This document shows, in pieces, positions 13,330 through 24,235 of a stretch of 64,000 nt of DNA. Position 1 is the stretch's first letter; every line of letters begins with the position of its first letter. The notes beneath the pieces were generated by a model. The model was not told the origin of the DNA and did not search any database. It saw only the letters and a program-made list of their open reading frames with translations. Position numbers and translations under genes: made by a program. The stretch is from Octopus vulgaris (taxonomy: Eukaryota). The stretch is from assembly GCA_951406725.2 (NCBI GenBank), contig OX597815.1:47988001-48052000 (forward strand), read 5' to 3'.

Positions 13330-13735
13330 ACTCTTTTACTTGTTTCAGTCATTTGACTGCGGCCATGCTGGAACACCACCTTTTTTAGTCAAGCAAATCG
13401 ACCCTGGGACTTATTCTTTGTAAGCCTAGTACTTATTCTATCGGTCTCTTTATGCCGAACTGCTAAGTTACGGGGACGTAAACACACCAGCATCGGTTGT
13501 CAAGCGCTGTTGGGAGGACAAGCACAGACACACAAACACTCACACACATATATATACATATACATTTTTACTACGGGCTTCTTTCAGTTTCCGTCTACCA
13601 AATCCACTTACAAGGCTTTGGTCGGCCCGAAGCTATAGTAGAAGACACTTGCCCAAGGTGCCACGCAGTGGGACTGAACCCGGAATCATGTGATTGGTAA
13701 GCAAGCTACTTATCACACAGCCACTCCTGCACCTA
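13330..13735 (-). mobile_element. SINE family A nested in the foldback element
   Basis: Same consensus. Confidence 0.9.
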
Positions 13736-14008
13736 TGAATGTGAATGTTTTTATGTAAACTATTTTTTAACTCATCACAGAGGATACACAAAGCCTCATA
13801 ACTTTTCTTATCATTGCCAAAAACTCTATCACTTGATTTGAATACATTTATGTAGACTAATTTACACAAAGCTTCATAACTTACCTTTGAAAATATTTTT
13901 ATATAAGCAAAACCGGTTAAGTTCATAAATACTTTTTAAAAGACTCCTGCATTTTCAGATTCTTTGTCTTATATTTTTACTTATGTGGTAACCCCCAACT
14001 TTACTTTG

Positions 14009-14042
<34 letters not shown>

Positions 14043-15207
14043 TAAGGTATGTAGAAAAATACAACATGGACAAGAACGTATAACTCTTAGAAGACGACAC
14101 AATAAACACGGACAGGACATTCGAAACCCTCAGTCTTCAGTCAAGAACCGGATCATCGTAGTAATTTCGGCTGATTAATCTTGAGATTACTAGATCACGG
14201 CCAGCCCTCCAAGAAAAACCAAGCAACGAGCATTAGAAAAACTAAGCTGGAAGCGTAGATTTCCTGGAAGAAGGATCGAATGCATACGAACACCAGGACA
14301 GCAAAAGGGACAGATATAAAAAAACAAAAAACAATAATGGAATACAGAAACATGAAATACAGAAGCATTAACGGTGAAAACAACAGTGTCTTACGACTGA
14401 TAACAAGCAAACAAATTTTTTCTCTGGCGCAATGGAAAAAGCCTTTATAGTGGCGGACGAAAACAGCGATGTTAACAGAACGAGGGTCAGAGGCTGAAAG
14501 GCAGATTTCGGCCAACAGTCACGTGACAGAGAAGAGGGAAAAGAAAAGAAAGAGAAGCAAAGGAAGAGAGAGAGAGAGGAGGGACAAACGCAACAAAGAG
14601 AGAGAAGAGAGAGAAAGAAGGAATCAGAGAGGAGAAGGGATGGGTGTCGAAGAATGACCTGTGAGTGCAGAGCGAGACAAAGAAATAGGAGGGTAGTGGA
14701 AGACTAGACCAAAGAATCAGAGGAAAGAGAAGAGAAAAAGAGGATGAGTAGAGAGAAAAGAGAGAGAGGGGGACAGATCAAGTAAAAATGAGAGAGAGAG
14801 AGAGACAAACAGACACATACATATGCATATATGTAGAGGCAATTATGTGGATAAACAAATTAGATATATTATATATAATATAATAGTTTGGGCATGAAAC
14901 ACAAGATATATGTACATATGCAAAATGAGTGAAAGCAGAAGATAGATACTTTCAGATGATGAATATTTAAGTACAAATATATAGATATTTATATTAATAG
15001 ATCCAACTCACAGAGAGAGAGAGAGAGAGAGAGTTTGTGTGTGTATGTATGTATGCATGTATGTATGTATGTATGGATGGATCAATGCATGTATGTATTT
15101 TATGATGTCTCTTCAGGCATAACAATACTAATAGCCTGTAGTTAGAACTCAATATACTTTAGAAAACAACATTAGACAAGTACAGAGCATAATGTGAATT
15201 AACAGTA

Positions 15208-15441
15208 TGGCAAGAGAAAAGGAATTATGCAGTCAACTTCATTAGCTTACAGCTGTTTCTGCTTTAGGAAGTAATGCACTCAAAACTGAGTGATGTGCAT
15301 CACCCTATAGCTTCTTCAGAACCCTTAAAATGAAGTGTGTGTTCATTTGGAAAAGTATTTAAATACCGAGTGCACTACTTCTTATAGTAGAACCAGTAGT
15401 AAGCTAATGAAGTTGATTATGCAATTCTTGTTGCCTTGCCA
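15208..15441. repeat. Diverged inverted repeat (about 74-bp arms) overlapping the minus-strand hammerhead; Penelope pLTR-like
   Basis: 15208-15281 is the reverse complement of 15368-15441; followed by (TA)n. Confidence 0.75.
15244..15324 (-). ncRNA. Type I hammerhead ribozyme fold on the host pre-mRNA strand, extended stem II
   Basis: Minus strand: ggtt-CTGAAGA-agctatagg gtgatgcac..gtgcattac tt cctaaagca-GAAAC-agct-GTA-agct; core boxes intact; first stem II pair is A-A and stem I is weak. Confidence 0.7.
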
Positions 15442-16394
15442 TTACATCAATCTATATATATATATATATCACTGCTGTATCACTCAATCAAGCACACTAT
15501 CTGATGTTGTTATACACTGCTGATCACAATGCACTTCCTTGCATTGTTGTAGCTTTCAAATGTTGTAACTTCGCTGACTAGGCAGGCAGGCCAACAACAT
15601 TACCTCTGAATGGAACACAAGTCCATCACAGGGTTACTCATTTGCAGCTGGGTGGACTGGAATGACATGAAATGAAGTGCTTTGCTCAAGAACACAAAGC
15701 ATCGCCCAGTCTGGGAATCGAAACCATGATCTTGCGAATGCGAGTGCAACACACTAACCACCAGGCCATATGCTTTCACAATTCAACAATTCACAAACTC
15801 ACACACATATCTATATACATGTATGTATGTATGTATGTATGTATGTATGTGTGTGTGTATGAATGTATATATATATATTTGCTTGTATATATATGTATGT
15901 ATGTATGTAATGTATATTTGTGTTAATGGTTTGATTCAGGTTTGCATTCGTTCTTAAATGCTTCATACACTCACATATACATATTTATATAACTATTATC
16001 ATCATTATCATCATCATCACCACCGCCATATGTCTCCTATAAGTCTAGTGCAAGGAAGAACATAAAACGCAATATGAACAAACGCTTCCATTCACAGAAC
16101 ATGTCCATCAATTACAGTCTGTCAATATCACAATGCATAAACAACCAAGATGAGAAAATCCAGCAAACAGTGTCAGTTTTAATGCTGTTATATGCATCAA
16201 TTATGCACTGTTGCATATGTTTAACATTCAACGTTTTCTCTACATACACCAACACTTTCCTGAGATACAAGACATAAAAATCTAGTGATATGAAACACAA
16301 GATTCAGACTGGTCATTCCACATTACAATTATAAATTCATTATTTTCTCATGTAATTCACAAACATATATATTCAGAACTATCATTATGTTTGT

Positions 16395-16851
16395 GCTTGA
16401 TTTGTTTCAGTCATTAGACTGTGGCCATGCTAGAGCACCACCATGAAGAAATTTTAGTCAAATGTATTGACCCTAGTACTTATTTTATTTAAGCCTGGTA
16501 CTTATTCTATTGGTTTCGTTTGCCAAACCACTAAGTTACAGGGATGTGAATATACCAGAACTATTTGTCAAGTGGTGGTGGTTGAGGAACAAATGTGCAC
16601 ACACACACACACACACATATGACAAGCTTCTTTCAGTTTCCATCTACCAAATCTATTCACAAGACTTTAGTAGAAGACACTTGCCCAAGGTCTGATGCAG
16701 TGGGACTGAAACCAGAACCATATGATTGAGAACTCTAAGCCATGTGGTTGGGAAGCAAGCTTTTTACCACACATCCATAGTTACGCCTTTAAATTGTTTT
16801 TCCTTTTATAATTTTGTTTTTGGTTTCCTTGACTTCAAGGGTCTTAGTAAA

Positions 16852-16891
<40 letters not shown>

Positions 16892-17215
16892 TATATATAT
16901 ATGAATTGGATGCAGGATTGGCTGTGTGGTAAGGAATTTGCTTCCCAACCACATGGTTCTAGGTTCAGTCTCACTGCATGGCACCTTGGGCAAGTGTCTT
17001 CTACTATAGCCCCAACCAAAGTCTTGTGAGTAGATTTGGTAGATGGAAGCTGAAAGAAGCTGTTGTATATATGTGTGTGTGTGTTTGTGTGCATGTGCGC
17101 GTGTGTGTGTATGTGTGTGTCTTTGTGTCTGTGTTTGTCCCCCCATCATTGTTTCACGACTGATGTTGGTGTGTTTACGTTCCCATAACTTAGAGGTTTG
17201 GCAAAAGAGACTGAA
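16395..17215. mobile_element. Head-to-head pair of family A SINEs (about 16395-16785 minus; 16910-17215 plus)
   Basis: Same consensus in opposite orientations about 125 bp apart. Confidence 0.85.
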
Positions 17216-18602
17216 ATATTGTCGTCGTCGCCGCCGCCGCCACCACCATCATCATCATCATCATCATCACCATCATCGATTAACGTCCATCTTCCATGGA
17301 TGCATGGGTAGTATGGTTGACAGGAGCCAGTCATGTAGAAAATCTACTGAAGGCTGCTGTGTCAGTTTTGGCATGGATTTTACTGCTGGATGCTCTTCCT
17401 AACACCAACAACTCCACAGAGTGGACTCAATGTCTTTTACGTGGCACTAGCACAGGCAAAGTTAGTTTTGGCAAGATTTTTACAGCTGGATGCCCTTCCA
17501 GATGCCAACTACGTTAGACTGGATGCTGTTGACGTGGCACCAGCACTGGCAGGGTAACCAAGTAACTCACAAGACAAGGAATTATGAAAGGAGCAGGGTA
17601 TTTGTGTCAGAGGATGAAAGTTAGAGTGTGACAAAGAGACAGGAGCAGATGTCTTGCCACAATAGAGGGGGCATTAGGGGAGGTGATCCAGTATCAAATG
17701 ATGAAAGGTTAAAGTGTAACAAAGAAATAGAGTGACAGAAAGAGGTGTCTTGCTATAGAGGAGGTACATGGTTACACAGAGAGAAAGAGAGATAGAGAGA
17801 GAGGAGATAGAGAGGTGCAGAAAGAGGCCAGAAACAAGTGTGCTGACGTAAAGGTGATACTTGGTTATGTAGTCAGAGGAAAAACCAGGAGAGTGACCAA
17901 AGGGAAAGACAGAGAGAGTAGGAAACAAGAAAAGTGTATGAGAGAGCAGAAGAGAGATGGTGTAGTGAAAGAAGAGTATACTAACAAGTAACAAGAATAT
18001 GAGCATAGAACCTGGTTAGAAAAGTAGGGAGTGGGTGTGGGGGAGCAGTGATACAGTGAGCACAACAATGTGGGCAAGAAAGGGGATTGGAAAACAATCT
18101 TAAAGTATGAGGAGGAAATGTGAGGAAGAGAAAGATGCAATTAGAAGAGGAGACGTAGTCTGATATCTTAGGGTAGAGTGAGTGAAAAGTGTGTTGTTAC
18201 ACATGGGTGGGACACAACTCTTCAAGCACTCAGTTTCATGGACAGGTCTTCCCTAGCACCTCATATCACCAACATCTTGGTCTGCTGTCATTTTCTCCAT
18301 GAGCCTCAACATCCTAAGATCAGTCTTCACCACTTCATCCCATGTCTTCCTGAGTCTCCATCTTTCACAGGGACCATGCACTTTCAGCAACAGGCACTTC
18401 TGCATACAGCTGTCTTCACTCATACACATCACATGTCCAAACCAATGCAGTCTCCTCTCCTGTATACCACATTTAATCCCTCTTATGCCTAACTTTTCTC
18501 TCAACGCAGTTGTGCTTTGTTGGTCATGTTGTGTAAAGGAATAAAATTCTTTTATTCATTTCAGCCATGCAGCTGCGGTCATGCTGGAGCACAACCATGG
18601 GC

Positions 18603-18634
<32 letters not shown>

Positions 18635-18636
<2 letters not shown>

Positions 18637-19841
18637 GAGGTTGGACAAAATAATGGAAACACCTAGCATCATGATTTTGAAATATCTATAAACCTGTCAA
18701 AAGGTTGTTTATTTGTATGTTTTTTGATTTATTTTTAATGTTACTTAATACGTTTTGCTAAAATTGTTGTTTCTTTTCAGATATCATCAGAAAAAGGTAA
18801 TTAAAATTCATTAAAATAACAGACCTATCGAACTTTCAAAGAGGTAAAATTGATGGTGCATATATGGCAGGTGCTAGCGTAATGAAAACAGCCGAAATGT
18901 TTGGTGGTCAAGAACTACCGTCTCAAAAGTAATGACAGCCTTTGAGAAAGAGGGAAAATCCTTCTCATCAAAATAAAACTCCAGAAGAAAACCAAAACTT
19001 TCAGATAGGGACTGTTGGACACTTATGCAAATTGTTAGAAAGGATCACAAAAGTACAGATCCCCAAATTACTGCAGAGCTTAATGACCACCTTGAAAATC
19101 TAGTTTCCACAAAAACTGTTAGTTGGGAGCTGCACAAAGCTGGATTTCATGGGAGGGCTGCAATCAGAAAACCACTATTTTCAAAAACAAACGTTGCAAA
19201 GCATATAGAGTGGAGTAAAAACCTACAGAATTGGTCCCTAGAGCAGTGGAAGAATGTTATTTTCTCGGATGAGTCATCCTTTACCTTATTTCTGGCTACC
19301 GGCTGAGTATATGTGTGGAGACAGACAAAAGAAGCATTTGATCCAGACTGTATTCTTCCAACTGTTAAACATGGAAAAGGGTATGTGATGATTAGGGGGG
19401 GGGAGCATATCTTATTTTATCTGATCAAATTCATCCTATGGTTGCAGAACTGTTCCCGGAAGGAGACACAATCTTTTGGGATGATAATACACCAATTCAC
19501 ACACAGCTAAAGTTGTTACTGAATGACACAAGAACATTCTAGTGAAGTTGAAAATCTTATCTGGTCACCACAGTCCCCAAATTTTAATATTATTGAACAT
19601 TTATGGTTCATTTTAGAAAAACAAATAAGGAGTTAGTAACCTCCACCATCATCACTACAAGAACTGGAGACTGTTTTAGCTGAAGAATGGACAAAAATTT
19701 CTTTGGAAACAATTCAAACTTTGTACAAGTCCATACATTGTAGAATTCAAGCTGTGATAACTACCACAGGCAGTCCTACCCCATATTAAAATAAATTTGT
19801 TTGAAATTTTAAGGTGTTTCCATTATTTTGTCTAACCCCTG
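18635..19841 (+). mobile_element. Full-length degenerate Tc1-like DNA transposon
   Basis: TIRs cagaggttggacaaaataatggaaacacct / aggtgtttccattattttgtctaacccctg followed by TA; transposase pieces VIFSDESSF, PTVKHG, DDNTPIH, WSPQSPNFNIIEHLW with stops and frameshifts. Confidence 0.95.
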
Positions 19842-20613
19842 TATGTGTGTGTGTGTATACGTATATGTATATTTATATATGTATGTGCGTGTGTATTATA
19901 TATATATATAGCATTTATCAACTTCTTAAATGATGAATAACAAATTTGAGCTTGAAGTCAAAGGATGTAACTCAAGCAGAATTCATTACTAAGCATTTTT
20001 ATTCAATGCACTGACTTTGGCTATCTGTTGCTATGATTATATATATATATATATCCCTCCTCCCTATCAAAGGTGGAACAAACACTTTCACAAACACATA
20101 CACATGACAGAACTTCTGCCAACCAAATTCATTCATAAAGCTTTGGTTGGCCAGAGGTTATAGAAGAAGAAACTTGCCTAACCTGAAACACAGTGAGACT
20201 GGGGACCTGAAACCATGGTAAGGAAGAGAACTTCTTACTCACACAACCATGAGAGAAAGAGAAAGAAGTTGGAATTCACAAGATTCTCTACAATCTTTTT
20301 GACCCATCGTGCAACAGTTCCACACAGGTGAGACATTGTAATGATTTTGAATTTGGGTGTATACCCAAATCTAAAATTACGAATCACACACACACACACA
20401 CACATTAAACTCTACTACAATCACTCAATGATTTGGTGGTGGTGAAATTCTCACCACACAATCATGCCTGCACCTATATATATAGAGGTTAGACTTGCAT
20501 GCAGTTGGTTGACCCAGGGTAAATGTAGAAGACATATCCAAAGTGCTATGAAATGGAATTTAACTTGGAATCACATGGTTGTGAAGTAAACCTCTCCACC
20601 ATGTAATCTTTAC

Positions 20614-20775
20614 CTTTAATTTTATCTCCAAGTCCTTCTTACATTCTTGTAAGCTTGATACTTTTTTCTGTAGATCCTCAATACAAAATTTTCCTTCTAA
20701 GATTTGGCTGTTTCTTACTTCCTTATCAAGTGCTGATTTTTCCGTCTGGAGTTTTTCATAGAGTCCTTGTATCTT
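20614..20775 (-). CDS. CNTLN: Coding exon G (KIQGLYEKLQTEKSALDKEV...QECKKDLEIKLK), phase 0 to 0
   Basis: Acceptor gtcttttgtag, donor AAG/gtaaag; 162 nt; read directly from sequence (absent from ORF track). Confidence 0.85.
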
Positions 20776-20790
20776 CTACAAAAGACAATT

Positions 20791-21003
20791 TTACCTTTTA
20801 GCATTTAAATCAGCTAAAATATTCTTCCTGTTTAACGTTCAAACTGGCTAGATCTAGCCTCTCACACCTACCTTACAACGTCTAAAAATATATAATCACA
20901 ATATTGAAATCTTGAAGCTACGAGATAATCCATGATTAATTTGAAACAATGTAGATGAATAAGCATTACAGTCGACAGTATAATCTGAATGTTAAAGGGT
21001 TAA
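20791..21003 (+). mobile_element. piggyBac-like MITE abutting the acceptor of exon G
   Basis: ttaccttttagcatttaaa...ctgaatgttaaagggttaa. Confidence 0.7.
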
Positions 21004-21107
21004 ATATAATTAGTTATCCTTCACCAATGAAAGAAAAAAAAAGTATTTAAAGTCTATTTATATATTTAAAAAAAAATTTTGCATGACTAACTTCCTTATA
21101 GAACACA

Positions 21108-21503
21108 TACTCTTTTACTTGTTTCAGTCATTTGAGTGTGGCCATGCTGGAGCACCGCCTTTAGTCAAGCAAATTGACTCCAGGACTTATCCTTTGTAAG
21201 CCTAGTACTTATTCTATTGGTCTCTTTTGCTGAACCACTAAGTTACGGGGATGTAAACACACAAACATCGGTTGTCAAGCGATGTTGGGGGGACAAACAC
21301 AGACACACAAACATATATATATATATATATATACATATATACGATGGGTTTTTTCCAGTTTCCGTCTACCAAATCCACTCACAAGGCTTTGGTTGGCCCG
21401 AGGCTATATTAGAAGACACTTGCCCAAGGTGCCACGCAGTGGGACTGAACCTGGAACCAGGTGGTTCGTAAGCAAGCTACTTACCACACAGCCACTCCTA
21501 CGC
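21108..21503 (-). mobile_element. SINE family A
   Basis: Same consensus. Confidence 0.9.
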
Positions 21504-22117
21504 CATGTTCATTTGTTGGAGCAACAAGGACCATTTAGTCATCCTTAGGAATGACTGATGGCTTGTGTAGTAACTTTGTTTAAAGTAAAGAAGGGTCACG
21601 CACTGTCAACATCACCCTCTCATCCATGACCATCTTCAATCTAGTGGCAAGACCAGGTCAAAATGACTGGAGATGGAGATAGATGCAGAGGATGCCCAAG
21701 ATGTCTTTCTTGCTTCATCAGGCTCTCTGCACTCCACAATGCATTGCTGCAGTTACTTTCCTCCTCATTGAACTATGGCAGACCAGCAGCTGCTCATGCA
21801 TAGCAGTCCCCCTCTCTCCCCATCATTGATATTGTCGAAGAGAAAGGCAAAATCCGATAGTTTGGCACCAGTGATGTTGCAACTCACTTCTACAACTGAG
21901 TGAACTGGAGTTTCATAAAATAAAGTGCCTTGCTCAAGAACACGACACATAACCTGGTCTAGAAAGTGAACTCACAACCCCACAGTTGTAAGCCCAATGC
22001 TCTAACCACTGAGCCATGCACATTCACAGGAAGATTACAAGTGAATTGAACACTTATGAGAGATTACCTAATACAAAAAGCTTATTATGATCTTAAAAAT
22101 AAAATTACCAAACCAAC

Positions 22118-22249
22118 CTGAGAATGCTGACGTAATACTTTTAGTTTCTGGTTTGCTAAAATTAGGTCAGTCTGCAATTGCTGGATGGTCTCTTTCATTT
22201 CATTGGTGGACTTGAGGGCTGAACGACGATAATTCTTCAACAAAGATAT
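22118..22249 (-). CDS. CNTLN: Coding exon F (ISLLKNYRRSALKSTNEMKETIQQLQTDLILANQKLKVLRQHSQ), phase 0 to 0
   Basis: Acceptor atgttgcag, donor CAG/gttggt; 132 nt; coiled-coil pattern. Confidence 0.85.
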
Positions 22250-23084
22250 CTGCAACATATTTGTCAATAATCTTCATTGCATTCTAAAACATAAATTGTT
22301 AGCATGAATAATGTTTGACATATAAAAGAATATAGTGTGCCACTAACCATAATTTGTACTAGGAGGCACTGAAGTATCTGATGGTTCTGTTATAACATTT
22401 GCTTGCTTGATTGCTTGCTTGTTATGTGTTATCTCAGGCATCATGGGAACTACTGAAGTTTTAAAATTCTACATATTTATTCAATGTTTTATTTTGCTTA
22501 GGAGCAAAATAAAATATTATTTTGTACTGGTTTTCAAAATTTTCACTTTTCCATTTTACCAGTTTATTTGGATATTAAGTGTGAGACTCATCTCTATTCA
22601 ACTAGACATAGGTGAGCCACAAATTTTAAAGGAAAAAAAATGAACTACGCAAAACCAGTCAGATGGTAAATGAAATGCAACAGAGATATGTTCATATATA
22701 TAAAATTTCATAGTAATACAATTTCTTTCAGATATTAGCAGTTATAATATAAGTTAGTAGAACAAAGTCCAGTCAAACACAAATCACATATGCAAATATG
22801 TTCGTATAAAGAGGTACACAAAAGCTCATTTTTATTCAGATATTGGTGCCTATAATATAGCTAGTAGTGCAAGACATATTCAAATACAAACCAGATATGT
22901 AAGTATAATGGTTTGATGTTCAAAATAAATGAAAAATAACAAACCCTATATGTAAAGAAGTAAATTTCCTTGATTTGATTTGTGAATGTTTTAGTGAATG
23001 TTGTGTGAGAAGTATATTTCTTCTTATTTAATGGAATTAAGGTGTGCCACTTATTGAACATATCAACTTATATATATGTTGGGC

Positions 23085-23610
23085 CTCACAGAGGAAATGA
23101 CGAAGACTGAGACCTCTGAGATATGCTGTGACTGTGAAGACCCGACAAATGAAGTGAGTTCATGGCTCGCAGAATGGCCTGCTGTGCTAACCTTGGATTG
23201 TAGAGTGACCTACTGTTCTTAAGAAGACCTATTGAGTCAAGTACGCCAATGTGAACACCAACATCAACAATAAAAAATCAAATGGAATTGTAGTTAAGAT
23301 ACCCATGCTGGTGGCACGTAAAAAGCACCATTCTGAACGTGGCTGATGCCAGCGCCACCTGACTGGCATCCGTGTCGGTCACACGTAAAAAGCATCAACT
23401 GATTGTGGCCATTTGCCAGCCTCCTCTGGCCCCTATGCCAGTGGCATGTAAAAAGCACCCACTACAATCATGGAGTGGTTGGTGTTAGGAAGGGCATCCA
23501 GCTGTAGAAACACTGCCAGATCAGACTGCAGCTTGGCGCAGTCTCCTGGCTTCCCAGACCCCATCCAACCCATGCTAGCATGGAAAACGGACGTTAAATA
23601 ATGATGATGA
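23085..23610 (+). mobile_element. Older RTE 3' end fragment with (GAT)n tail
   Basis: ggagtggttgg(c/t)gttaggaagggcatccagctgtagaaac...ggacgttaaa-(gat)n; similar fragments at about 30945-31300, 40900-41185, 47180-47600, 49838-50250, 58890-59260 (+) and 17240-17580, 47700-47910, 53550-53785 (-). Confidence 0.85.
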
Positions 23611-23779
23611 TGATCATCATCATCATCGTTTAACGTCCGCTTTCCATGCTAGCATGGGTTGGACGGTTCAACTGGGGTCTGGCAAGCCCGAAGGCTGCAC
23701 CAGGCCAGTCAGATCTGGCAGTGTTTCTACAGCTGGATGCCCTTCCTAACGCCAACCACTCCGAGAGTGTAGTGGGTGA

Positions 23780-24060
23780 TTTTATGTGCCACCGACACAG
23801 GTGCCAGACGAGGCTGGCAGACGGCCACGCTCGGATGGTGTTTTTTATGTGCCACCGACACAGGTGCCAGACGAGGCTGGCTGACGGCCACGCTCGGATG
23901 GTGTTTTCTTATGTGTCACCGACACAGGTGCCAGACGGGGCTGGCGGACGGCCACGCTCGGATGGTGTTTGTTACGTGCCCTCAGCACGGACGCCAGTCG
24001 TTGCGGTACTGGCTACGATCATGTTCGGATGGTTTTCTTATGTGCCACCGGCACTGGTAC
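23780..24060. repeat. About 63-66 bp tandem repeat, about 5 units, in RTE 3' UTR
   Basis: Unit beginning atgtgccaccgacacaggtgccagacg (or variants) recurs at about 23784, 23847, 23911, 23974, 24040. Confidence 0.9.
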
Positions 24061-24235
24061 CACAAGGATACAAATTCCATTGATGTTCATCTATTTTGAT
24101 TTGGTTCGATTTGATTTGATTTGATTCGATTCGATTCTCACTTGCCTCAACAGGTCTTCACAAGTGTCACAAGAAGGAAGGTATGCACAGGTGGACTGAC
24201 TACGTCCCAGGTAGGGGCCACGGATTATGGCTTCA

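Larger units (their letters stand above)
11915..13975. mobile_element. Putative foldback-type element with about 250-bp modular inverted arms, internal minisatellite and nested SINE
   Basis: 11915-12168 is the reverse complement of about 13738-13975; arms contain repeated gaggctttgtgtatcc...tagtctacataaa modules. Confidence 0.6.

Noticed and set aside
14040-14520. CpG-rich repeat with ggctg..cagcc-GAAA and a separate CTGAAGA on the minus strand
   Set aside because: The boxes are not in hammerhead order; probably a repeat terminus I cannot classify
16112-16300. ORF with good acceptor (tgtatctcag) between exons G and H
   Set aside because: The required phase 0 reading stops after 12 codons; exons G and H join directly
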